A DNA stretch of 64,000 nt, taken from the IMG/VR virus record IMGVR_UViG_2700988868_000001, positions 1-64,000 of that record; one strand, written 5' to 3'. Below the pieces are notes generated by a model, which was not told where the DNA came from, did not search any database, and was given only the letters and a program-made list of their open reading frames with translations. Shown piece by piece: positions 1 through 7,828 of this stretch; position 1 is the first letter of the stretch; every line of letters begins with the position of its first letter. The stretch comes from a virus. Lineage: Duplodnaviria > Caudoviricetes. Position numbers and translations under genes: made by a program.

Positions 1-54
1 ACACACCCCCCCGGTGTCTTGCTCCTGTGCACCTCTACCCACCCCCATGTTGTT

Positions 55-74
55 GACGCTCCGCGTCTTGTGGG
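55..74 (+). promoter_or_regulatory. N4-type virion RNA polymerase hairpin promoter
   Basis: GACGC-TCC-GCGTC (5-bp stem, 3-nt loop, GGA on the template strand) followed by TTGT-GGG. Same layout as the N4 vRNAP promoter (..AAGC-TCC-GCTTC-TTTT-GG, from memory). Predicted +1 near 72, upstream of the gp1-like gene. Confidence 0.8.
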
Positions 75-115
75 TCTGTTGCCTATCATCTATCAATCTT
101 CTTAGGAGTATTAAC

Positions 116-436
116 ATGTCCACTTCCACCGCTCGCATGACCATCGGCTCTGCTCTCGGTACGATCAATACCGCTGCGCTTACCATCTCGTCCACTCTGG
201 ATGCAGTTGGCTCTGGTGTTGGTATGCTCAACGCCATGGTTGACAAGGCTGCTCGTGAACAACGTATGCGTCACAAAGCTGACGTCTCCGAGTTCAAGCA
301 CCGTCTCATCAACGAAGTAGCTATGGCTCGTGCACAACGTGAACGTCAAGTCATAGAGTTCTGCAAGGACAAGGACAATGAAACCTTGTACTCCAAGGCT
401 CATGACGAACTCACCGCTCTGCTGAAGGACGACTAA
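116..436 (+). CDS. N4 gp1-like early protein
   Basis: AGGAG RBS before ATG 116; first gene after the vRNAP promoter; sequence MSTSTARMTIGSALGTI... resembles N4 gp1. Confidence 0.75.
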   Translation: MSTSTARMTIGSALGTINTAALTISSTLDAVGSGVGMLNAMVDKAAREQRMRHKADVSEFKHRLINEVAMARAQRERQVIEFCKDKDNETLYSKAHDELTALLKDD

Positions 437-449
437 GTCCATCTGAATT

Positions 450-493
450 ACTACTCTCCCTTTCTTCGGAATCGGGGAGTAGTTCTTCTCTTT
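450..493 (+). terminator. Intrinsic terminator
   Basis: ACTACTCTCCC...GGGGAGTAGT imperfect stem plus pyrimidine tail. Confidence 0.55.
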
Positions 494-612
494 AGATAGA
501 TAGATCAGATAGCTCAACAGTATCTAACCTAGCTTCAACTTTATCCTTTTATTTGGGAAGTCCACCGACCGGACAACCCAACATCATCTACCTCAATTCA
601 AGGAGTAATACT

Positions 613-1038
613 ATGTCCATCGAATCCTTCGCTTCCCGTTTCGGTTCCCCTTCGGCTGCTGCTGCCGGTCAATCGACCAGCAAGAAAGACATGCCGAAAG
701 CCCAAATCTGGATGAACATCGGCTTCATGACCACGTTCCACAATCCCGAAACCGGTGCTGACGAACAGCGCTTCATCAGCCTGCCGCAAGGGATTCCGGT
801 CGATACCATGGAGAAGAAGGAAGAACGCGGCTCGTCCGATCTCTTCCGCGCCATGATGTCGGCCCAGAACAACCTGCTGGAACAGATCAAGGCCAAGGGC
901 GACAGCCTGCAACCCGGTGAAGAAGTCATCATCGCCGAAGGTGCCAACGGCCTGTGCATCCAGCTGCGTCGTGTGAAGGCTGAACAAGCCGCCATCGATC
1001 CGGCCACCAACCCGCTGATCAAGCAGTTGGTCCTGTAA
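613..1038 (+). CDS. N4 gp2-like ssDNA-binding activator of RNAP II (Drc-like)
   Basis: Motifs PKAQIWMNIG, FISLPQGIP, FRAM..AQN.LLEQ and QLRRVKAE match N4 gp2; AAGGAG RBS. Confidence 0.88.
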   Translation: MSIESFASRFGSPSAAAAGQSTSKKDMPKAQIWMNIGFMTTFHNPETGADEQRFISLPQGIPVDTMEKKEERGSSDLFRAMMSAQNNLLEQIKAKGDSLQPGEEVIIAEGANGLCIQLRRVKAEQAAIDPATNPLIKQLVL

Positions 1039-1042
1039 GACC

Positions 1043-1081
1043 ATGCCCTACTTTCCTCAACTGGAGAGTAGGGCATTTTTT
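1043..1081 (+). terminator. Intrinsic terminator
   Basis: ATGCCCTACTTTCC / GGAGAGTAGGGCAT stem plus T-run. Confidence 0.85.
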
Positions 1082-1180
1082 AACTGGCTAATAGCTAGAT
1101 CCAACTTTGATGGTCCTTTTGACTAAAACAACCGAAGGACCATGTTGGGTGGAATAGCAGATATCTTATAAGAGCCAAGC

Positions 1181-1348
1181 ATGTACTCTAAATTCCTCGT
1201 TACCCTGATGAAACGGGGTCGATTGATCCGTATTGAGATCCACATTCACAACAACAACCTGGATGACAAGGTCGAAATCTTTGAGGATTTGCACCCTGGT
1301 TGGGAGTGCATCACCGACGAGGACATCACGGAAATCCTCGACTACTAA
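1181..1348 (+). CDS. Hypothetical protein (55 aa, not in ORF track)
   Basis: Hand-translated MYSKFLVTLMKRGRLIRIEIH...EILDY*; fits the gene packing. Confidence 0.55.
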   Translation: MYSKFLVTLMKRGRLIRIEIHIHNNNLDDKVEIFEDLHPGWECITDEDITEILDY

Positions 1349-1374
1349 GCAGATAAATTATAGGAACCAAGAAC

Positions 1375-1527
1375 ATGAAGGCAGCAGTCATTGCAGTACT
1401 GGTGGTGCTCATTGGAGCATTCATCTTTGGGGGTTGGAGTGCAGTGGCTGGCCTGGGTTACTTGGTCATGAACCTGCTCGCTGACAAGGGCAACATCAAC
1501 ATAGTCGCAGACGGAAGGGGTCCATAA
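1375..1527 (+). CDS. Small membrane protein (50 aa)
   Basis: Hand-translated MKAAVIAVLVVLIGAFIFGGWSAVAGLGYLVMNLL...; TAATG coupling to the next gene. Confidence 0.65.
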   Translation: MKAAVIAVLVVLIGAFIFGGWSAVAGLGYLVMNLLADKGNINIVADGRGP

Positions 1528-1787
1528 TGGAAGTGCAATTCAAGGACGTGAAGGACGGTCATCTGTTCCTTCACAACGACCGCTTGTTCACTAAGGTCAC
1601 GATAGTGGACAAGGGAACCAATGCCTATGACCAGAAGGCCAACAAGCATGTTGCCATCGGCAGTCATACCTACGTGGAGGAACTGTGCACGCACGCCATG
1701 TGCAGGAAACAGGGCAAGCTCCACTTCCATCGCGTCAATATCTGGGAAGCAGATGACGCCAACGTATTCAAGACCTACATGGTCTAG
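1527..1787 (+). CDS. Hypothetical protein
   Basis: ORF with coupled start and phage-like codon usage. Confidence 0.7.
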   Translation: MEVQFKDVKDGHLFLHNDRLFTKVTIVDKGTNAYDQKANKHVAIGSHTYVEELCTHAMCRKQGKLHFHRVNIWEADDANVFKTYMV

Positions 1788-1808
1788 AGATAAATATTAG
1801 GAGCCAAC

Positions 1809-2153
1809 ATGAAGACCATCATCATCGCACTGGGCCTGCTGTTCGCAGCAAACACTCTGGCAGCAGAGAACACTCACAAGGACGCAATGCAGGCTTGCAT
1901 TGTCCAAGGTGAGTATGCCTCGACGCTGCAACAACTGCGTCAGAAGCACAGCACCATGTCCCTGGGCGTGGCACTCGAAGTCATCGACGGAGAGTTCCGT
2001 GGTCCCAAGGGCCAGAAGAAAATGCTGTATGCCACTGCTGAATACGTGTTCAGCTATGGGCGTTGGGCCGATCATGAGGACGTCAGCAATGCTGTCCTCG
2101 CCTATTGCATCCGTGGGTCCAACGCTGGACTCAAGAACCAAGGAACTAAGTAA
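1809..2153 (+). CDS. Hypothetical exported protein
   Basis: AGGAG RBS; signal-peptide-like N-terminus MKTIIIALGLLFAANTLA. Confidence 0.7.
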   Translation: MKTIIIALGLLFAANTLAAENTHKDAMQACIVQGEYASTLQQLRQKHSTMSLGVALEVIDGEFRGPKGQKKMLYATAEYVFSYGRWADHEDVSNAVLAYCIRGSNAGLKNQGTK

Positions 2154-2422
2154 TGAACATCGATAACTTCCTCATCATCCTGGCTGTCGTGCTGGTCATC
2201 GCTGGTGTCATCATGGCCTACTGGGACCAGCTCTGGATCGCAGTGTTCGAGTTCCAGTTCGGCCGTTGGTCTCCTGAAATGGCCATGAAGAATAGCTACT
2301 ACCTGCTGGATCGTGCAGCCTCCTGTCCTGATCCCGAGATGGCCAAGATTTACGAAGCTCGGGGCATTGCCTACGAGAAGTACGCCAACCTCATACTGGA
2401 GAAGAATCGTGCTCAGCGGTAA
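2153..2422 (+). CDS. Hypothetical membrane protein
   Basis: N-terminal hydrophobic helix; TAATG coupling. Confidence 0.7.
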   Translation: MNIDNFLIILAVVLVIAGVIMAYWDQLWIAVFEFQFGRWSPEMAMKNSYYLLDRAASCPDPEMAKIYEARGIAYEKYANLILEKNRAQR

Positions 2423-2738
2423 TTCCACCACTAACGACCTAATGTTGTTCTTTGCCAGCTACTGGCAATGGGTCATGAATGGTGCGCCCGAAAATGCACC
2501 TTTCAACCGTGGTCACGATCTAAGTGGCTGCATAACCGATTGGGCATACATGAATCACCGTTCGGTGAGTGGCATGCTGATCGACTACCGGAAGCTGCTG
2601 ACCAAGGAGGGATTGGACGTGCTCAATCCCTTCAATGATGGCGTGCGACAACCGTCGTTCACCGTTGAATCCAAAACCAAGCGATGTCACCTGAATGGTG
2701 CTCGCTTGAATTTCGTGCACAAGCACAAAGGAGCCTGA
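2409..2738 (+). CDS. Hypothetical protein
   Basis: ORF 2313-2738; probable GTG start at 2409 after GGAG (start uncertain). Confidence 0.6.
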   Translation: MLSGNSTTNDLMLFFASYWQWVMNGAPENAPFNRGHDLSGCITDWAYMNHRSVSGMLIDYRKLLTKEGLDVLNPFNDGVRQPSFTVESKTKRCHLNGARLNFVHKHKGA

Positions 2739-2739
2739 C

Positions 2740-2952
2740 ATGTCGCTGTATGCATTCCTGAACTTCCTGATGGTGATTGCCGTGGGCGGTGCCATCGGTG
2801 TGTTGTGTTGGTGGTTCAAGTCCAGGGACTTCACCAAACGCATCACCGCAGGCGCTCGTGGCCTCTACGCCATCGTCCTGTTCCGTCTGTTCCGCTGCGT
2901 CATCGTGGGCATGGCCCTCGGACTGCTGGTCGCCACGTTCATCTCGTGGTGA
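2740..2952 (+). CDS. Small two-helix membrane protein
   Basis: AAGGAG RBS; two hydrophobic segments. Confidence 0.7.
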   Translation: MSLYAFLNFLMVIAVGGAIGVLCWWFKSRDFTKRITAGARGLYAIVLFRLFRCVIVGMALGLLVATFISW

Positions 2953-2955
2953 ACC

Positions 2956-3273
2956 ATGGCCATCACTGTCATCACCAAGCCTGCTGACATAGCGGCCACT
3001 GCTGACACGCTGATGCTGGACATCGAGTATCCCAATGCCCTGGGCAACCCTCTGGGTGTCAATGAGCGTTGGGATGCCGACTTCCTCAAGGAGCAGTACA
3101 GCAAGTACATCCTGATGAAGATCAGGGACAACGACGAGGCAGCAATGAATCGTCTCAACGCAATTGCGGAACATGCCATGGCCGGTGGCCCCGTCATCTT
3201 GATCCAAGGAGCCAAGGACGTGCACGGTCAGGTGTTAGCCGACTTCATACAGGCACAAATAGATGCTGCGTAA
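2956..3273 (+). CDS. Hypothetical protein (DUF4326-like features)
   Basis: LGNP motif and C-terminal HGQVL resemble DUF4326 proteins; weak. Confidence 0.6.
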   Translation: MAITVITKPADIAATADTLMLDIEYPNALGNPLGVNERWDADFLKEQYSKYILMKIRDNDEAAMNRLNAIAEHAMAGGPVILIQGAKDVHGQVLADFIQAQIDAA

Positions 3274-3376
3274 GATCATGGCACTCATCGGGGCAGTACT
3301 GGCCACTTGGCTGGTGCTGTCTTTTTTCATCTCGCTAGGCTGGGCCTGGCACATGTACTGGAAAATCCTCTCATGA
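3263..3376 (+). CDS. Small membrane protein (37 aa)
   Basis: Hand-translated MLRKIMALIGAVLATWLVLSFFISLGWAWHMYWKILS*; ATGA overlap with the next gene. Confidence 0.5.
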   Translation: MLRKIMALIGAVLATWLVLSFFISLGWAWHMYWKILS

Positions 3377-3762
3377 AAGACTCAATCTTCGTGTTCGGCT
3401 CGAACACTGCTGGTATCCATGGTGCAGGTGCAGCCCTGACTGCCTACCAGAAACATAGTGCACGTCATGGCATCGGCTACGGCCTGTGCGGCCAGTCGTT
3501 CGCCATTCCCACCAAGGACAAGTTCATCCAGACGCTCTCCATCCGTCAGGTGGAGCAGTTTGTTGCTGGTTTTCTCGCATTCGCTCGTGACCGTGATGAC
3601 CTCGACTTCATGGTCACTCGTATCGGCTGCGGTCTGGCTGGCTTCAGCGATGAAGAGATGGCTCGCCTGTTCGTATGGGCCACGCCCAACTGCTTCTTCG
3701 ACACCAAGTGGGTCGAATACCTTCCCATCGACCAGGGCATCAAGTTCTGGGGGACATTCTGA
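3373..3762 (+). CDS. N4 gp14-like / A1S_2505-family protein
   Basis: IFVFGSN.AG.HGAGAA, G.SFAIPTK and F.VTRIGCGLAG motifs. Confidence 0.8.
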   Translation: MKDSIFVFGSNTAGIHGAGAALTAYQKHSARHGIGYGLCGQSFAIPTKDKFIQTLSIRQVEQFVAGFLAFARDRDDLDFMVTRIGCGLAGFSDEEMARLFVWATPNCFFDTKWVEYLPIDQGIKFWGTF

Positions 3763-3989
3763 TGGAACTCATAGACTTCGACGGCATCAAGCCTGTGGGT
3801 ACTTACGTCGCAGCCCATCCGTGGGAAGTTGGTGAAATGCCCAGTTTCCGTTTCGTATTCTACGACCGGGCAACGAAGGCAGAACAAGTACTCATCCGAG
3901 CTAATTGGGCCGCCGCTTACATGCCGGGCCCCAAGACTCGCATTCCGTTTCTGGTTGAGAAATACCACGAAGCATATCCCACTCATTAA
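3762..3989 (+). CDS. Hypothetical protein
   Basis: TGATG coupling; MELIDFDGIKP... Confidence 0.6.
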   Translation: MELIDFDGIKPVGTYVAAHPWEVGEMPSFRFVFYDRATKAEQVLIRANWAAAYMPGPKTRIPFLVEKYHEAYPTH

Positions 3990-4004
3990 CAAGGAACCAA
4001 TGAC

Positions 4005-4835
4005 ATGAACCAAGACGCTCAGATGCAGGCTCATGACCTCCAGAAGCAACTGGAAGTTCACTTCAGCAACAACCAACTCATCCGTCGTATGCGGAAAGAG
4101 TTCAGTGACTGCAAGAATCCCGACTTCGTGGGCTTCTTCAATCACATGGGCTGGAACGAGAACTTCTGCCTGGACGCACTGGTCCAGATTGCATTGCACA
4201 AGCGTGCTGATCTGAAGACCATGATTGGAACTCTGCGCCATCACTTTGCAACTGCACAGCATGTTGCTGATGGTCTGCTGGAACTCGCCAAGAACGATCT
4301 GTTCGACTGGGACCCGCAACTTGAAATCTTCATCGTCAAGTTCGGTATCAGTGAAGAAGTCCAGCATGAGATCGACAAGTATCAGTACCCTCTGCCCATG
4401 GTTGTTCAGCCTCAAGTGCTGAAGAACAACAAACAGTCTGGGTACATCACCACCCAAGGTAGTGTGATCTTGAAGAAGAACCACACTGACGATGATGTAT
4501 GTCTCGATCATCTGAACAGGATGAATCGTATCCCTCTCTCCATCAATGCTGACACCGTGCGAATGGTGCAGAACAAGTGGAAGGGACTGGACAAGATCAA
4601 GGATGGTGAAACTCGTGAGGACTTCGAGAAGCGCAAGCGTGCATTCGACAAGTATCAACGCACTGCGTATGAAGTCATGGACATCATGATGCAGTGTGGT
4701 AATGAGTTCTACCTGACTCACAAGTATGACAAGCGTGGTCGCACGTATGCACAGGGCTACCATTGCAACTACCAGGGAACTCCCTGGAACAAAGCAGTAC
4801 TCGAATTCGCAGACAAGGAAATCATTCCTTGCTGA
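4005..4835 (+). CDS. RNA polymerase II subunit 1 (N4 gp15-like)
   Basis: QYPLPMVV and FYLTHKYDKRGRTYAQGYH.NYQG (T7-like DxRGR motif). Confidence 0.92.
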   Translation: MNQDAQMQAHDLQKQLEVHFSNNQLIRRMRKEFSDCKNPDFVGFFNHMGWNENFCLDALVQIALHKRADLKTMIGTLRHHFATAQHVADGLLELAKNDLFDWDPQLEIFIVKFGISEEVQHEIDKYQYPLPMVVQPQVLKNNKQSGYITTQGSVILKKNHTDDDVCLDHLNRMNRIPLSINADTVRMVQNKWKGLDKIKDGETREDFEKRKRAFDKYQRTAYEVMDIMMQCGNEFYLTHKYDKRGRTYAQGYHCNYQGTPWNKAVLEFADKEIIPC

Positions 4836-4869
4836 TCCATTAATTCTCAAGACGCTAGGAGCAGAGAAC

Positions 4870-5273
4870 ATGCAAACGTTTACCGCAATCGACAACCTCA
4901 AGATCGACATCTCCAACAACTTCGGCAACGACAAGTTGGACTGGGATGCCCGTATCGACTGGTTCGACCAGAATGAATCCCAGCTGGAATCCCTCGTGAA
5001 CCAAGCTGATGAACCGGCTCTGTATCACGCCGGTGTCATGGCCTACCGTGCCGTGCTGGCCGGTGCAGCCATTGGCTATCCCGTGGCATTCGACGCCACC
5101 AACTCGGGCATGCAGATTCTGGCTTGCCTGACTGGTTGCCGGAAGACTGCCTCGCTGTGCAACGTGGTTGACGTGGGCCGTCGTGTTGACGGCTACATGG
5201 AAATCTATGCAGGCATGATCCAACGCACTGGTGGCAAGGCCAAGATCGACCGCAAGGAAGTGAAGTCGGCCGT
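4870..5273 (+). CDS. RNA polymerase II subunit 2 (N4 gp16-like), exon 1
   Basis: MQTFTA..LKIDI.N.FG.DK; motif A FDATNSGMQI; first half of motif B (RKEVKSAV). Confidence 0.9.
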
Positions 5274-6078
5274 TAACCGCTAAGTCATAGCGGCCGTTAA
5301 ACATCGTGAACTCAGGGGAAACCTAGAAATAGACAATCCTGAGCTAAGCTGGTAGCATAAAAATGTTATTTGGAGATTTTTATGCAAAGCAAGATTTGTG
5401 TTAAGTGTGGGGTCGACAGACCCTTAGATGAATTCACTAGGGCCAAACCTAGTATGAATTTCAGTGAATCCCACAAAACACATCACACATACTGTAAACA
5501 ATGCAATGCTGCTTATGCACGAGAATGGCGTAAAGCCCATCCGGCATATAGAGGCTCAGGAACCATTAGTAAGGTTCCTGTTGAGGATCGGTTATTGATG
5601 TCAGCAATTAGACAAAGATTAACCGACGCCAAAGTGCGTTGTAAGAAGCTAAGAAAACCATCGCCCACAGTTACAGCAGATTATCTGTATGAACTGTATA
5701 AAAAACAAGAACGTAAATGTGCCCTATCAGGCGTCATTCTTAATCTAGAAAAGGCCCATCCTTTATGCCTTTCTTTAGATCAAATTGATCCAAACTTGGG
5801 TTATGTACATGACAACGTTCAATGGTTAGCTTGGTGTATTAATCGTGCGAAAGGAGATCTTTCATTAAACGATTTCTACAGTATGTGTGAGACCATCTTG
5901 CACCAGAAAGTGCAGAGACTATCGAAAAGCAGCGAAAGCTGAACTGAGTAGAGTAGGCCCAAGTGGGTCGAAGCGCGATGGCTGGTGATGACCAGCATGA
6001 TATAGTCCGACCCTTCTGGTGACAGAAGGCTGCTATTAATTTAGCGGGCTAGGATTAACGAACCTAGTTGAACTTATG
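5274..6078 (+). mobile_element. Group I intron (IA-like), 805 nt
   Basis: P1: exon GGCCGT with IGS GCGGCC (5290-5295), U.G at the splice site. P10: GTCATA (5284-5289) with TATGAC (6079-6084). P3 CATCG/CGATG, P4 CTCAGG/CCTGAG, P7 GACTAT/ATAGTC, P8 and P9 hairpins, terminal G at 6078. Confidence 0.93.
5382..5942 (+). CDS. Intron-encoded putative homing endonuclease (His-Me finger/HNH-like, 186 aa)
   Basis: AT-rich ORF in the P6 loop; CxxC...CxxC N-terminus; CALSG...SLDQIDP..GY..DNVQW....IN.AK motif; GGAG RBS. Confidence 0.8.
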   Translation: MQSKICVKCGVDRPLDEFTRAKPSMNFSESHKTHHTYCKQCNAAYAREWRKAHPAYRGSGTISKVPVEDRLLMSAIRQRLTDAKVRCKKLRKPSPTVTADYLYELYKKQERKCALSGVILNLEKAHPLCLSLDQIDPNLGYVHDNVQWLAWCINRAKGDLSLNDFYSMCETILHQKVQRLSKSSES

Positions 6079-6889
6079 TATGACGGCCTTCTATGGCTCC
6101 GAGGCCATTCCGAAGGAAGTGTTCGGTGAAGGTGAACTCCTCCGTATCTTCGAGCAGGTCATGTCCGAAATGGCTCCTGGTGCCTGGATGCTTAACCAGT
6201 TCTTCCTGGACATCTGGAATCCCGAAGCCAACAGCTACCACTGGATGCTGCCGGACAACTTCCACGTCCACACGAAGGTCATGGTGCGTGAGACGGAAGT
6301 CGTGCACTTCCTCGACAAGCCGTATGAGACCTTCCGTGAAGTGCAGGGAACCAAGGAGAAAGGACGCAGCCTGTCCGCCAACTCCGTACACAGCATCGAC
6401 GGCATGATCGTTCGTGAAATGGTTCGCCGCTGCAACTACAGCAGTGCCAAGGTCAAGCACCTGTTGCAGCACATCACCGCCATCAAATTGGGTGCTGTGG
6501 TCTGCGGCCAGAACCCGTGCACTGACAAGGACTCCGAACTCGTGAAGACCCTCTGGGGCCACTACGAGACCACGGGCTTCCTGTCGGCACGCATCATCGA
6601 CTGCCTCCACCTGCACAACCTGCATCTGGTGGACATGAATGTGGTGCTGGAACTGCTGAACAGCCTGCCTGCCAAGCCCTTCCAAGTGCTCACGGTGCAT
6701 GACTGCTTCCGTTGCCTGCCTACGTATGTCAATGACCTGCGTAAGCAGTACAACCTGATCCTGTCCCTGCTGGCTGGCAGCAAGCTGCTGGAATCCATCC
6801 TGGGTCAGATCATGGGCAAGCCCTTCCCGATCAACAAGCTGGAAGACCTGTCGGTAGAAATCCTGACCACGAACTACGCTTTGTCCTAA
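6079..6889 (+). CDS. RNA polymerase II subunit 2, exon 2
   Basis: MTAFYGS completes motif B; AN.VHSIDG; motif C TVHDCF; spliced CDS is 1215 nt = 404 aa. Confidence 0.9.
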
Positions 6890-6893
6890 AATA

Positions 6894-6931
6894 TGGCCAA
6901 TCCTCTGTCAAGGGGGTTGGTCAATTTTTTT
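6894..6931 (+). terminator. Intrinsic terminator
   Basis: TGGCCAATCCTCT / AGGGGGTTGGTCA plus T-run. Confidence 0.8.
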
Positions 6932-6960
6932 AGAGCGAGGATAGATCGATAAACTATCGA

Positions 6961-7260
6961 GTGATGTACAACCCGGACACGAAGCGATTCATTGTCCTAC
7001 CCGAGGGTGAAGCCAAGCGATTCAATCCGGCCATCAACACAGTGACCATTGTTCCCCTGGTTCCTGATGTCACAGTTCACTTCCAGTTCTACGACCGAGT
7101 GAGTGATCTGGCAGCTACGTTCGGGCATTCCAATACCCCGCTTCAGCCGCAGCACACATTCCAATTCCAGTTCAAGAATCGACAGTCCTTCATCATGAAG
7201 CAGTCCAATACGGTTCCCCCGGCTGGAACCCCCTGGGAAAACCGGGAGTGGAACCTGTAA
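6961..7260 (+). CDS. Hypothetical protein (uncertain)
   Basis: Only ORF filling the gap between two terminators; weak RBS; internal short repeats. Confidence 0.4.
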   Translation: MMYNPDTKRFIVLPEGEAKRFNPAINTVTIVPLVPDVTVHFQFYDRVSDLAATFGHSNTPLQPQHTFQFQFKNRQSFIMKQSNTVPPAGTPWENREWNL

Positions 7261-7270
7261 ACTACGACCT

Positions 7271-7294
7271 GGGCCACCACTCTGGTGGCCTTTT
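7271..7294 (+). terminator. Intrinsic terminator
   Basis: GGGCCACCA-CTC-TGGTGGCC-TTTT. Confidence 0.7.
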
Positions 7295-7315
7295 CCCTGA
7301 TCAGGAGATCACACC

Positions 7316-7804
7316 ATGCACTACAACGTATTTTGGGACAAGTCCCAGAACAAAGCACACGTCGGGGCGTACAGCGATGAGACGCCAACCGGCTTGGTAA
7401 AGATGGGCACCCTCTCCATGGGAGCAGGTACCTATCTCAAAGGACAAGAATTCAAATTGGCGATGAAGCCGTTCTTGGATGATCTTGTCAAAGAGAAAAC
7501 CAACAAAGGACCGGATGAATACGAAGCCGTATGGCCTGCGTTCATCATGGTGAATTACATCACCATCAAGACCACCTGGATCAAGACACAGCTCAAGGAC
7601 AATATGCACCAGTTGGATATCGTCATCGATCCTGTAGTCAAACCGGAAGATGTACTGGACTTTTCGTCCATGGACGAGGGCGTAGCCATCGTCTCAAATA
7701 CCGGCAGTGTTGTAATCACCGGTGCAGGTTCTACGAATATCCGCGTCAAAACCAAGCAAGATCAACGCACCATCGCCATCATCCCGGTGACGGTAAGTAT
7801 TTAA
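7316..7804 (+). CDS. Putative decoration-protein paralogue with Ig-like C-terminus
   Basis: AGGAG RBS; C-terminal FSSMDEGVAIVSNTGSV...GST.I.V resembles a Big_2 domain. Confidence 0.6.
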   Translation: MHYNVFWDKSQNKAHVGAYSDETPTGLVKMGTLSMGAGTYLKGQEFKLAMKPFLDDLVKEKTNKGPDEYEAVWPAFIMVNYITIKTTWIKTQLKDNMHQLDIVIDPVVKPEDVLDFSSMDEGVAIVSNTGSVVITGAGSTNIRVKTKQDQRTIAIIPVTVSI

Positions 7805-7828
7805 ACAAGCCTGGATACTGGAAAAACC

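Noticed and set aside
3546-4934. Long antisense ORFs on the - strand of the early/middle region (also 13907-15283, 21863-23809, 26880-28346, 33306-35399)
   Set aside because: Shadow frames of codon-biased sense genes; no RBS or recognisable motifs
4870-6889. Reading RNAP II subunit 2 as a pseudogene or as two separate genes
   Set aside because: Complete group I intron pairings restore an uninterrupted frame and motif B
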